Shown here: piece by piece, positions 42,673 through 55,200 of the stretch
How the letters are laid out: every line of letters begins with the position of its first letter
How positions within the stretch are numbered: position 1 is the stretch's first letter
Source of the DNA: the human T2T-CHM13v2.0 reference genome, Homo sapiens
Length of the DNA stretch: 64,000 nt
Strand: one strand, 5' to 3'
Assembly: GCF_009914755.1 (NCBI RefSeq)
Contig: NC_060925.1
Made by a program: the position numbers and the translations under genes
Notes under the pieces: model-generated
What the model saw: the letters and a program-made list of their open reading frames with translations, nothing else
Told to the model about the DNA's origin: nothing
The model's database searches: none

Positions 42673-43375
42673 CTGGATATGGATAAGAATATTTGTATGA
42701 TGCCACAAAACCACTTCAATGGCTTTTGCCAGCATTAAATGATCATTTCATAATCTCAACCATTCTTAGGACTTCTCACCTTTTACTTCTCTTTCTAAAG
42801 AGATAAATTTGTTTTTCCCTTAATTTCATATAGTCAGTTCTAACTCTATGGCCATATGCTTCTGTCTCCTCTCCCTTTGTTTGCTCGCCTCTGGGATAAT
42901 CATTTCTGGAGAATTTGAATGTTTGTCATACATCATGATTTAAATTCCTCATCACCATAATGGTTGCTTTCATCCAAAAGCAATTGCAGTTCACATCGTC
43001 CCTCTTAATGTGTGTATTCAGGACCAATCAGAGTAATAGAAGTATGCTTTGATACCTGGTGGAGAGAATAGACAGCCTATCATTTCCCTTTTTCTGGACT
43101 CTGTATTTCTGTTAATTCAAACTAAAACCATATCAACTTCTTTGACAATTACATCACATTATGGGAGAGAGGGTTTTTTCCTAAAGTAAAATTTAAATTT
43201 TAGAAAGGGAAATAGAAACAGAGTTGTAAATATTAATAAGACTATAATACTGGATATGGATGAGAATATTTGCATTATGCCATAAACCACTTGAATGGCT
43301 TTTGCTAACATTAAATGATCATTTCATAATCTCAACTATTCTTAGGACTTCTCACCTTTTACTTCTTTTTCTAAA
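42673..43375 (+). repeat. Dispersed ~127-bp direct repeat (42673-42799 and 43250-43375)
   Basis: About 9 substitutions and 1 indel by hand alignment. Confidence 0.95.
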
Positions 43376-43586
43376 TAACCTTTATCAACATATTCTCCTT
43401 AGAGAGGTATACACCTCCTTGCATTCTAACTAAAAAACATCTACTTTCTATGGTATTTCCTAATTTCCCTATATAATTACTTTTTTCTTTTTTTGTTTTC
43501 CTATAGCACTTTTAGATACATCTATTAAACCCACTTACCACACTGTATCGTAGTTATTTACATATATATATATGTATATATAAAGT

Positions 43587-43695
43587 CACCTTTATCTTGG
43601 ACTTCTAGACTCCAGAAATGTGAGAAAATAAATTTCTGTTGCTTTAGCCATGCAATCTATGGTATTTTGTTATGGCAGCCCTGCTGACTAATACG
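43587..43695 (+). mobile_element. MLT1 LTR 3' fragment
   Basis: TTGGACTTCTAGACTCCAGAAATGTGAGAAAATAAATTTCTG...GCAGCCCTGCTGACTAATAC. Confidence 0.8.
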
Positions 43696-43850
43696 AGGAC
43701 CTAGAGAATGTCAAGAAGTAGTAGCAAGGACCAAACATGTGCACCCTAAGGCAAGCAATCAGTAACACAAAACTCCAGACTCACCGGAAAACTCCAGGGT
43801 CAGTAGAGACCACTGGAAAAAAAACAGAAACCTAAAATTTTGGAATAAGA

Positions 43851-44164
43851 CTCCTTATTCCAAAGGGATAGGGAATCAAAGCAATTTACATACAGGGAGT
43901 GGGGGCTTAGGGAACCAAAGCAATTTACATACAGGGAGTAGGGGCTTAGGGAGCCAAAGCAATTTACATACAGGGAGTGGGGGCTTAGGGAACTAAAGCA
44001 ATTTACATACAGGGAGTGGCGGTTTAGGGAACCAAGCCTCTTATTCCAAAGGGATAGGGAAACAAGCCTCTTTGTTCCAAAGAGATAGGGAACCAAAGCA
44101 ATTTACATACAGGGAGTGGGGGCTTAGGGAACCAAAGCAATTTAAGTACAGGGAGTGGGGGCTT
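43851..44164. repeat. Compound minisatellite: six 39-bp A units and 2.6 ~30-bp B units (b-A4-B2-A2)
   Basis: A = AGGGAACCAAAGCAATTTACATACAGGGAGTGGGGGCTT at 43870, 43909, 43948, 43987, 44087, 44126; B = AGGGAACCAAGCCTCTTATTCCAAAGGGAT at 44026, 44056. Confidence 0.95.
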
Positions 44165-44643
44165 TACTTAATTGTAAACATTTATAGACTACTTTTTACA
44201 TGCCAGAGACTTAATGTATAGCAGTCTGAAATTTATAGTCACAATACAGACAAGCAGTAAAGTCATAATTATTTCTATGTAAGTGAACTTAACTTGCTCA
44301 TCATCTCCCCATTTATGCTCTGCAGAGAAAAGCACGTCCAGTATTATAACACATAGGTTCCCTGCCATGTGAAGTGTGGGCTATTACAGTGGGAAAGGCC
44401 AGATGGAAGCAACTAGAACTGTCTCTACCAGGGGAAATAGTAAACCGAAAGCAACACCATATCCCTGGAGGGATTGCAGAGATTAGTGCCATGATCAAGC
44501 AGTTGAAGGATGCAGGGATGGTAATTCCTCCCACGTATTCATTCAACTAACTTATTTGGCCTGTGCAGAAGATAATTGGAACATGGAGAATGACAGTGAA
44601 TTGTAAGGTTAACCAGATGGTGACTGCAGTTGCAACTGTTGTA

Positions 44644-45197
44644 TTAAGTTGGTGCAAAAGTAATTGTGGCTTTTGCCATTAAAAGTAATGGCCGTCAGGA
44701 GTGGTGGCTCACACCTGTAATCCCAGCACTTTGGGAGGCTGAGGCGGGCAGATCACCTGCAGTCAGGCTTTGGAGACCAGCCTGGCCAACATGGTGAAAC
44801 CCCGTCTCTACTAAAAATACAAAAATTAGGCTGGGCGTGGTGGCTCACACCTGTAATCCCAGCACTTTTGGAGGCTGAGGTGGGAGGATCACCTGATGTC
44901 AGGAGTTCAAGACCAGCCTGGCCAACATGGTGAAACCCCGTCTCTACTAAAAATACAAAAATTAGCTGGGCGTGATGGTGGGCACCTGTAATCCCAGCTA
45001 CCAGGAGGCTGAGGCAGGAGAGTCACTTGAACCTGGGAGGCAGAGGTGGCAGTGAGCAGAGATTGTGCACTCCAGCCTGGGTGACAGAGCAAGACTCTGT
45101 CTCAAAAATAAAATAAAATAAAATAAATAAAACTAATGGCAAAAACCACAATTAAAAGTAATGGGAAAAACCACAGTTCCTTTTGCACCAACTGAAT
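44644..45197. mobile_element. MADE1 split by an Alu
   Basis: TTAAGTTGGTGCAAAAGTAATTG... left half and ...CTTTTGCACCAACTGAA right half, TA flanks. Confidence 0.88.
44690..45128 (+). mobile_element. Three-arm AluS (left-left-right)
   Basis: Left arm 44690-44828, second left arm from 44829, right arm, (AAAAT)n tail; TSD AAAA(G/C)TAATGG. Confidence 0.9.
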
Positions 45198-45735
45198 ACC
45201 AGGTGTGGTTTTACAGCATGAATGAATTAACACATACCCTGGTACCTGGTGGTACCTGGTAGTACCTGGTATGCAGGTATTCATCTGGCAAATGCCTTTT
45301 TCTCTATTCTTGTCATTAACATCCACTAGAAGCAGTTTTCTTTCAGCTGGCAAGGCCAGTAACACACCTTCACTGTCCTACCTCAGGGATTTCTCAACTC
45401 TCCAGCCCTATGCATAATTTACTTTGCAGGGATGTTGATTGCCCTTCCCTTCCAAAAGATATCACATTGGTCCATTACATTGATGGCATTATGCTGATTG
45501 GACTTAGTGAGCAAGAAGTAGCAACTCCTCTATTGGTAAGATAGTTATTTGCTAGCAAGTGGGGAATAATCTGACAAATATTCAGGGACCTTCTAATTTG
45601 GGGAGCTCCAGTGGTGTGGGACATGTCAAGACATCTCTTCTAAGATGAAGAATAAGTTCTTGTATCTAGCCCCTCCTACAACCCAAAAAAGGGGCACAAT
45701 GCCTAGTGGGCCTCTTTGGATTTTAGAGACAACAT

Positions 45736-46169
45736 TGTGATGGTTAATACTGAGCGTCAACGTGATTGGATTGAAGGATATGAAGTATTGATCTTGTATA
45801 TGTCTGTGAGGGTGTTGCCAAAGGAGATTAACATTTGAGTCAGTGGGCTGGGAAAGCCCTTAATCTGGGTGGGCGCAATCTAATCAGCTGCCAGCACAGC
45901 TAGAATATAAGCAGGCAGAAAAAAGTGAAAAGAGAGACTGGCCTAGCCTGCCAGCCTACATATTTCTCCTGTGCTGGATGCTTCCTGCCCTTGAACATTG
46001 GACTCCAAGTTCTTCAGTTCTGGAACTTGGACTGGTTATCCTTGCTCCTCAGCCTGCATACAGTCTATTGTGGGACCTTGTGATCATGTGAGTTAATACT
46101 TAATAAATTCCCCTTTATATATATGTCTATTCCATTAGTTCTGCCCCCTAGAGAACCCTGACTAATACA
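45736..46169 (+). mobile_element. MLT2A-type (HERVL) solo LTR inserted in the ERVL pol
   Basis: TGTGATGGTTAATACTGAG...GAGAACCCTGACTAATACA; TSD AACAT. Confidence 0.93.
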
Positions 46170-47116
46170 AACATGTTCCTCATTTCGGTGTGTTACTCTG
46201 GCCCATTTACCATGTGACTTGAAAAGCTGCTCATTTTGAGTGGGTCCCAACACAGAAGATCAAAATAGGTCCAGGTCACTGTGCAAGCCTCAGGGAAACT
46301 TAGGCTGTATGATCCAGCAGATCCAATGGTGCTTGAAGTGTCAGATAGTGATGCAGTTTGGAGCATTCAGTAGATCACTACAGGTAAATTTCAATGCAGA
46401 CCCTTAGGATTTTGGAAAAATTCCTGCCATCCTTCACAAATAACTAATTTACTTTTGAGAAACAGCTCTTGGCCTGTTACTAGGCCTTAGTAGAGACTGA
46501 ATACTTAACTATGGGTCACCAAATTACTGTGCAGCCTGAGCTGTCCATCATGAACTGAGTTAACACCAAGCCGTATTTGGGCATACACAGTAGTACTCCA
46601 TCATCAAATGGAAGTTATGTATATGTGATGAGGCCCAAGATTGCCCTGAAGGCACAAGTAAGTTATATGAAGAAGAGTCCTAAATACCCATTGTCTCCAC
46701 TCCTGCTACATTGTCTTCTCTCTCCCAACCTGCACTACAACCTCACAGGGAGGTCCTTATGACTAGATGACACAGAAAAGGTGCAAACCTGGTTTAGAGA
46801 TGGTTCTTCGGGATATGCAGGCACCACCCCAAAGTGGACAGTGACAGCACTACAGCTCCTTTCTGGTACATACCTAAAGGGCAGTGGTGAAAGGAACTCT
46901 TGGGCAGAACATCAAGCAATGTACCTTGTTTTCACTTTGCTTGGAAGAAGAAATGGCCAGACATGTGATTATATACTGATTCATGGGCTTTTGCCAATGG
47001 TTGATTGAATAGGCCGAAACTTTGAAGAAACATAAGTGGAAAGTTATTGACAAGAAAACTTGAGAAAGAAGTATATGGGTAGACTTCTCTAAATGGACAA
47101 AAAACATGAAGATATT

Positions 47117-49193
47117 TGCATTAGTCTTTCCTCACTCTGCTAATAAAGACATACTTGAGACTGGGTAATTTATAAATGAAAGAGGTTTAATTGACTCACA
47201 ATTCCACATGGCTGGGAAGTCCTCACAATCATGGCAGAAGACTAATGAGGAGCAAAGTCACGTCTTACATGGCAGCAGGTAAGAGAGCGTGTGCAGGGGA
47301 GCGCCCCTTTATAAAACCATCAGATCTTGTGAAACTTATTCACTATTACGAGAACAGCATGGGAGAAACCCACCCCCATGATTCAATTACCTCCCACCAG
47401 GTCCCTCCCACGGCAGTTGGGGATTATTACAATTCAAGGTGAGATTTCGGTTGGGACAGGAAGCGAAGCCATATCATTTGGCCCCTCCCAAATCTCATGT
47501 CCCTTTCACATTTCAAAATACAATCATGCCTTCCCAACAGTCCTCCAAAGTCTTAACTCATTTCAATATTAACTCAAAAGTCCACAGTCCAAAGTCTCGT
47601 CTGAGACAAGGCAAGTTCTTTCTGCCTATGAGCCTGTAAAATCAAAAGCAAGTTAGTTACTTCCCAGATACAATGAGGATACAGGCATTGGCTAAATATA
47701 TCTGTTCCAAATGGGAGAAATTGGCCAAAACAAAGGGGCTGCAGGTCTCATGCAAGTCTGTAATCCAATAGGGCAGTCATTAAACCTTGAAGTTCCAAAA
47801 TTATCTCCTTTTGACTCCATGTCTCACATTCAGGTCATGCTGATACAAGAGGTGGATTCCCATGGCCTTAAGCAGCTCTACTCCTGTGGCTTTGCAAGGT
47901 ACACCCCAGCTTCTGGCTGCTTTCACAGACTGGCATTAAGTGCCTGTGGCTTTTCCTGGTGCACTGTGCAAGCTGCCAATGGATGTACCACTCTGGGGTC
48001 TGAAGGACAGTGACCCTTTTCTCACAGCTCCACTAGGCAGTACCCCAGTGGGGATTCTGAGTAGGGGCTCCAACCCTACATTTCCCTTCTGCATTGCCCT
48101 AGCGGAGGTTCTCCATGAGGGCCCTACCCCTTCTGCTTGGATGGACATCCAGGTATTTCCACACATCCTCTGAAATCTAGGCAGAGGTTCCCAAACCTCA
48201 ATTCTTGACTTCTGTGTACCCACAGGCTCAACACCAGGTGGAAGCTGACAAGGGTTGGGGCTTGCACCCTCTGAAGCCACAGGCTGAGCTGTACCTTGCT
48301 CCCTTTTGGTCAAGGCTGTAGCTAAAGCAGCTGGGACGCAGGGCACCATGTCCTGAGGCTGCATAGGGCAGGGCAGCCCTGAGCTGGGCCCAATAAAACA
48401 CTTTTCCTTCCTAGGCCTTTGGGCCTGTAATGGGAGGGGCTACCATGAGGACCTCTGGCATGCCCTGGAGATATCTTCCACATTGTCTTGGAAATTAACA
48501 TACAAATGTTTGCAGCTGGCTTGAATTTCTTCTCAGAAAATGAGTTTTTCCTTTCTATTGCATCATCAGGCTGCAAATTTTTCAAACTTTTATGCTCTGC
48601 TTCCTCTTGAATGTTTTGCCACTTAGAAATTTCTTCTACCAGATACCCTAAATCATATCTCTCAAATTCAAAATTCCACAGATCTCTAGGAAGATCCAAA
48701 CTTTTCCACATTTTTCTGTCATCTTTTGAGCCCTCCAAACTGTTCCAACATCTGCTTGTTACCCAGCTCTAAAGCTGCTTCCACATTTTTGGGTATCTTT
48801 ACAGCAGCATCCCACTTTACCTATACCAACTTACTATATTAGTCTCTTCATATGCTGCTAATAAAGATATACCCAAGACTGGGTAATTTATAAAAGAAAG
48901 AGGTTAATGGACTCACAGTTCCACATGAATGGGGAGGCCTCACAATCATGGTGGAAGGTGAATGAGGAGCAAAGTCACATCTCACATGGCAGCAGGCAAG
49001 AGAGCATTTGCAGGGGAACTCCCCTTTATAAAACCATGAGATCTTGTGAAACTTACTTACTATCATAAGAACAGCACAGGAAAAACCCACCCCCATGATT
49101 CAATTAACTCCCACTGAGTCCATCCCATGACAAATGGGGATTATTACAATTCAAGGTGGGATTTCGGTGGGGACTAAAAGCCAAACCATATCA
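47117..49193 (-). mobile_element. Two-LTR THE1D MaLR element (LTRs 47117-47476 and 48835-49193)
   Basis: Two similar THE1D LTRs flanking THE1-int; TSD ATATT at 47112-47116 and 49194-49198. Confidence 0.93.
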
Positions 49194-50066
49194 ATATTTG
49201 TGTCCATGTGAGTGCTAATCCAAGTGTTACTCAGCAGTGGAGAAGATGGAGTGGAGAAGATGACATGTCAGTCTCTTTCTCCAGCCACTACTGTCATTGC
49301 CCAATCGATTCATGAACAAAATAGCTATTGTGGCACAGATGGAGGTCATGCATGGACTCAGCAACATGGGCTTCCACCCACAAAGACTACTTGGCTGCAG
49401 CCACTGCTGAGTGCCCAATATGCCAGCATCAGGTACCAACACTGAGTCACTGATATGGCACCATTCTCCCATGGTAATCAGCCAGCTACCTGGTGGCAAG
49501 TTGATTCAATTGGACCACTTTCATCATAGAAGAGGCAGTAGTTTGTTCTTACTGAAATCGATATGTACTCTGGATACAGTTTTGCCTTTCCTGGATGCAG
49601 TGCTTCTCTCAAGACTACCATCCATCCATTCATTCATCTATGTACTTATAGAATGACCTATCAACCATCATGGTATTGCACACAGAATTTCTTCTCATCA
49701 AAGAACCCACTTCATAGCAAAAGTAGTACAATAATGGGTCCATGCTCACAGAATTCGCTGGTCTTAACCATATTCCCCAACATCCTCAACAGCTGGTTTG
49801 ACAGAACTGTGAGATGGCCTTTTGAAGACGCAGTTACAGCACCAGCTAGGTGGCAATGCCTTGCAGGGATGGATCAAGGTTCTCCAGAAGGTTGTGTATG
49901 CTCTGAATCAGTGTCCAATACATGGTGCTGCTTCTCCTGTAGCCAGGATTTAAGGTCCAGGAATCAAGGAGTGGAAATGGAAGTAGCATCAATCTCTATT
50001 ACTCCTAATGACTCATTAGCAGAATTTTAGCTTTCTGTTCTTGTAATCTTATGCTCTGCTAGCCTG

Positions 50067-50351
50067 GTGGTCTTAGTTCCTAAGGCAGAAATGCTTTTAC
50101 CAAGAGACAAAACAATGATTCCACTGAGCTGGAAGGTAAGACTGCCACCTGGATATTTTGGACTCCTCATGCCTCTGAATCAACAAGCAAAGAAGGGATT
50201 ATCTCTGCTGTCTGGGATGATTGATTCTAACTACCAAGGGGAAATTGTACTGCTAATCCACAAAGAAGGTAAGGAAGACTATGTCTGGGACACAGGAGGT
50301 ATCTTAGAGCATCTCTTAGTATTATTATGTCCTGTGATTCATGTCAATTGA
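50067..50351 (+). pseudogene. ERVL dUTPase remnant, 94 codons open
   Basis: IPLSWKVRLPPGYFGLLMP...GMIDSNYQGEIVLL resembles trimeric dUTPase motifs; lies downstream of integrase as is typical of ERVL. Confidence 0.8.
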
Positions 50352-50869
50352 AAATTACCACAGCCCAATTCAGGCAGAACTATGAATGGCCTGGACCCTT
50401 CAGGAATGAAGATTTGGATCACTACAGGTAAAGAACCACAACTGCCTGAGGTGCTGGCAAAGGGAATACAGAATGAGTAGTGGAGGAAGGTAGTTATATA
50501 TGCCAAAACTATGACCACATATAATTGTCATGAGTATTCCTCATTTTTGTATGAATATGTGTGTGCATCTGTTTTCCTCTACCACTTATTCCTTTCTCAT
50601 GTAATACAGATGTATTAACTTACTGTCTTAATATTTCAGTATTCTTAATTTTACATCATAGTGTTTAAGTTATGGGATACCAAGGAGAAGAGCAAACACC
50701 ACTCAAGGATTTTACCTCCCCTTCTGGGGAAGGGGTCAGTGCATTTTCAATTGCACTCAGGATAGTTGCATCATGCTAGGTGGTATTCTGGCCTTGTTAT
50801 TGACTTTATTTGGAGATAAAGTATGATTTAAGGAGATGTGTATGGGTGCCAAACTGACAACTGGTGGAT

Positions 50870-51267
50870 TGTGGTGATTAATTTTAAAGTCAACTTGGCT
50901 TGGACTCAGGGTGCCCAGGTATTTGGTTAAACATTGTTCTGAGTGTATCTGTGAAAGGATGTTTCTGGGTGAGATTAGCATTTAAATCAATAGACTGAGT
51001 AAAGCAGATTGCCCTCCCCAATTTGGGTGGACCTCATCTAATCCATTGGAGGTCTGTATAGAACAAAAGGAGGAGTAAGGGAGAATTTACTCTCACTGCC
51101 TGTCTGCTTGAGCTGGAACACTGGTCTTCTGCCTTTAGACTTGGACTTATACCATTAGCTTTCCTAGTTCTCGGGCCTTCAGACTAGAGCTGTACTGACT
51201 TTCTGGGGTTCCTAACTTGCAAACAGCAGATCATGGGACTTGGCCTCAATAATCACATGAACCCATT

Positions 51268-51310
<43 letters not shown>

Positions 51311-51367
51311 CACACACACACACACACACCATTGGTTTTGTATCTCTGGAGAACTGTGACTAATACA
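50870..51367 (+). mobile_element. MLT2C/D-type 3' LTR of the ERVL provirus, containing (CA)n at 51268-51329
   Basis: Follows the degenerate PPT GCCAAACTGACAACTGGTGGAT; TGTGGTGATTAATTTT...GACTAATACA. Confidence 0.88.
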
Positions 51368-51519
51368 AAAATTGAGGGTAATTTCTCATTCACTTCAGGA
51401 TATGAATTGACTCATTTTCATGTTCAAACCCCCTCAGTCTCTCCATCCTTCTCAAGGATTTTCTTCTCATTTTTCTCCCTTCAATAGTGTCTGGACACAG
51501 CAGAAAAATCCTGAATCTA

Positions 51520-51690
51520 CCAAATTATAGTTATGTGACCTTAAATTTTCTGTACCTCATTGTCTCATCTTTAAAATAGAGATAATAATACTACCAACTT
51601 TATAGGTTGCTAGCAGAATTAAATGACATAAAGCATGTGAATGCTTAGATCAGGTCCTAGCATACAATAAATGCTCAATATATATTAGCC
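51520..51690 (+). mobile_element. MIR
   Basis: TGTGACCTT...CTCATCTTTAAAATAGAGATAATAATAC...ATAAATGCTCAATA. Confidence 0.75.
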
Positions 51691-52249
51691 ATCATCGTCA
51701 TAGTAGAAGAGAGGCTTGCAAACAGTAGGTCATGAGACTTCTCAGCCTCCATAAAGGGAGGAGGCCCAGGGGGCTTCTGGCTTTTAAAAACAATGCTGGT
51801 CCTTACTTGCTTCTCCCACTGAGGATGTAGCTTGTTCTTTGGTGTCTGGGAATAAGTGGGACTGGGTGATTACTCCAGGCATCACCTTGGCTCTCATGGG
51901 CTGGCTGATGATTTGAGGCTTAGTTGAATCCTTCATCTGGTTCCCTGTTTCAGGTCTTCTACCTGTAACTTTTATTACAGGGTTTCCTTGCCTCCTCCTA
52001 TAGTGATTCCTCGGTAAATACACTGACTTTTAATTACCATCTATTTTCTGTATTATTTTTCCAGAGGGGCTAATATCACCTTCTTATTCTGCCCTATTCA
52101 ACATTTATCTTTTATACTATCTATGCTCTAAGTCCTAAAGCCTCTGGTTTTAGTGGTCCAAACCAAATCTTTTTAGAAATTAAAACAACACAACTTTTCT
52201 CTTAAGCCCTAGGCTTTGCAAATCAAAAACTCTTTAGTTTCATGCTGTG

Positions 52250-55200
52250 ATGCCTGCTGGCTAGGATTTCTAGTACTATGTTGAATAGAAGTGGTGAGAT
52301 TAGGCATCCTTTTCTTTTTCCAGTTCTCAGAGGGAATGCTTTCAACTTTTCCCCATTCAGTATTATGTTGGCTGTGTGTTTATCATAGATGGCTTTTATT
52401 ACATTGAGGTATGTTCCTTGTATGTTGATTTTGCTGAGGGTTTTAATCATAAAGGGATGCAGGATTTTTTTAAAAATGCTTTTTCTGCATCATGTGATTT
52501 TGTTTTTAATTCTGTTTATGTGGTGTATCACATTTATTGACTTCTGGATGTTAAACCATCCTTGCATCCTGGTATGAAACCCACTTGATCATGATGGATT
52601 ATCTTTTTGATATGCTGTTGGATTCAGTTAGCTAGTATTTTGTTGAGGATTTTTGCATCTGTGTTCATCATGGATATTGGTCTGTAGTTTTCTTTTTTTT
52701 GTTATGTCCTTTCCTGTTTGATATTAGGGTGATACTGGCTTCGTAGACTGATTTAGAGGAGGATTCCCTCTTTTTCTGTCATGTGTAATAGTGTCAATAG
52801 GATTGGTAGCAATTCATCTTTGAATATCTGGCAGAATTCAGCTGTGATTCCATCTGGTCCTGGACTTCTTTTGTTGGTATTTTTTTTTACCATTTTAATT
52901 TCGCTGCTTGCTGTTGGTCTGTTCAGGGTTTCTAATTCTTCCTAATTTAAGTTAGGAGGGTTCTATCTTTCCAGGAATTTATCAGTCTCCTCTAGGTTTT
53001 CTGGTTTGTGCATGTAAAGGTGTTCATAATAACCTTGAATGATCTTTTGTATTTCTGTGGTGTCAGTTGTAATATCTCCTGTTTTGTTTCTAATTGAGCT
53101 TATTTGGATCTTCTTTTCTGGTTAATCTTGCTAATGGTCTATTGATTTTATTTATCTTTTGGAAGAACTAACATTTTGTTTCATTTATCTTTTCTATATT
53201 TTATTTTAATTTCATTTAGTTCTGCTCTAATCTTGGTTATTTCCTTTCTTCTGCTGGGTCTGGGTTTGGTTTTTTCTTGTTTCTCTAGTTGCTTGAGGTG
53301 TGACCTTAGATTGTCCATTTGTGCTCTTTCAGACTTTTTGATGTAGGCATTTAAGGCTATGAACTTTCCTCTTAGCACTGCCTTTGCTGTATCCCAGAGG
53401 TTTTGATAGGTTGTGTCACTATTATCATTCAGTTCAAAGAATTTTTAAATTTCCCTCTTGATTTCATTGTTAAACCAAAGATCATTCAGGATTAGGTTAT
53501 TTAATTTCCATGTATTTGCATGGTTTTGAAGGTTCCTTTTGAAGATTCCTATGATTTTTGAAAGAAATCATAGGCAACACGAGCAAATGGAAACACATCC
53601 CATGCTCATGGATGGGTAGAATTAATATTGTGAAAACGACCATGCTGCCAAAAACAGTCTACAGATTCAATGCAATTCCCATCAAAATACCACCATCATT
53701 TTTCACAGAACTAGAAAAAACTATCCTAAAATTCATATGGAACCAAAAAAGAGCCTGCATAGCCAAAGCAAGACTAAGCAATATAATTAAATGGATTCCA
53801 TTTAATCCCCTGGAATAAAAGTGTATTCCCAGTTTTATTCCACGTGGTCTGAGATAGTACTTAATATAATTTCAATTTTCTTAAATTACTTAGACTTGTT
53901 TTGTTGCCTATCATATGGTCTGTCCTTGTTTTTTCATATTACCAGAATTGTTTTTCTGGTTCCTTCTCATTTGGGTAGGCTATGTCAGAAGGAAGATCTG
54001 GAGCGCAAGGCTGCTGTTTAGATTCTTTTGTCCCACAGGGTGTTCTCTTGATGTAGCACTCTCCCCCTTTTCCTAGGGATGTGCCTTCCTGAAAGCTGAG
54101 CTGTAGCGATTGTTATTTCTTTTCTGGATCTAGCCACCCAGCAGGGCTACCAGGCTACAGGCTGGTATTGAGGGTTGTCTGCACCAGTGATGTGATATAA
54201 ACCGTCTTCAGGTCTCTCAGCAATGGATAGCAGCACCTGTTCTGGTGGAAGTGACAGGGGGTGAAATGGACTCCGTGAGGGTCCTTAGTTTTGGTTGTTT
54301 AATGCACTATTTTTGTGCTGTTTGGCCTCCAGCCAGGAGGTGGCACTTTCAAGAGAGCATTAGCTGTGGCAGTACAGGAAGGATCAGGTGGTGAGTGGAG
54401 CCCTAGAACTTCCAAGAGAATATGCCCTTTGTCTTCAGCTACCAGGGTGAGTAGAAAAGGGCCATCAAGTGGCAGAAGGGTTAGGCATGTCTGAGCTCAG
54501 ATTCTCCTTGGGCAGAGCTCGCTGTGGCTGCTGCGGGGGATGGGGATGTGGTTTCCAGGCAATGGAGTTATGTTCCCAGGAGGATTATGGCTGCCTCTAC
54601 TGTGTCATGCAGGTTGTCACAGAAGTGGGGGAAAGGTCTCACCCAGCTCCCACACAACCAGAAAGGCCAGTCTCACTCCCATCGTCTCCCTCAAACAGCA
54701 CTGAGTCTGTTTCCAGGCAGTGAGTGAGCAGGGCTGAGAACTTGCCCCAGGCTACCAGCCTCCCAGCTGAGAAAGCAAGCAGGGCTTTTGCACCTCCTTG
54801 CCTGTTGAGTCTGCAACCAGATTCACACCCTCCCCCAAATTCTGGCTGGGAAACTTCGCGTCCAGTTGTAATTGTTACAAAGTTCACCTGGAAGTTTCTT
54901 TCTCCCTGTGGTCCTATGCCAGTGCCTCTGGCAGCCCTCCCCAAGGACTCCTGTGAGAAAAGTCAGAAATGGCTTTGCTGGGGACCCAGAGAACCAACAG
55001 GGCTTTTCCCGCTGCTTCCTCTACCCCTGTGTTTCGCTAGGCTCTCTAAATTGACTCAGCTCCAGGTAAGGTCAAATCCTTCTACTGTGATCTAGACCTT
55101 CAGTTTTTCCAGTGAGGGTGTGTGTTTGGGAATGGACAATTCCTCTTTTCTCATATTCACATCTTGGGCACTCGGTATTTGGGCTGTCTTCAGATCGTGC

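Larger units (their letters stand above)
44335..50869 (+). mobile_element. Decayed ERVL internal region (RT, RNase H, integrase, dUTPase) with nested insertions
   Basis: LPQGFLNSP at 45378-45404; YIDG (for YIDD) at 45476-45487; RNase H WFRDGSS (46781 ORF); integrase HEQN..GGHAWTQQHGLP (49212 ORF); dUTPase GMIDSNYQGEI (50067 ORF); many stops and frameshifts. Confidence 0.92.

Noticed and set aside
43800-44164. CRISPR-like array or repetitive protein ORF (43800..44096 -)
   Set aside because: Units are contiguous with no unique spacers, there are no cas genes and the context is human; the peptide repeat reflects the 39-bp period.
47711-48738. 100-142 aa ORFs
   Set aside because: Fragments of the THE1 internal sequence.
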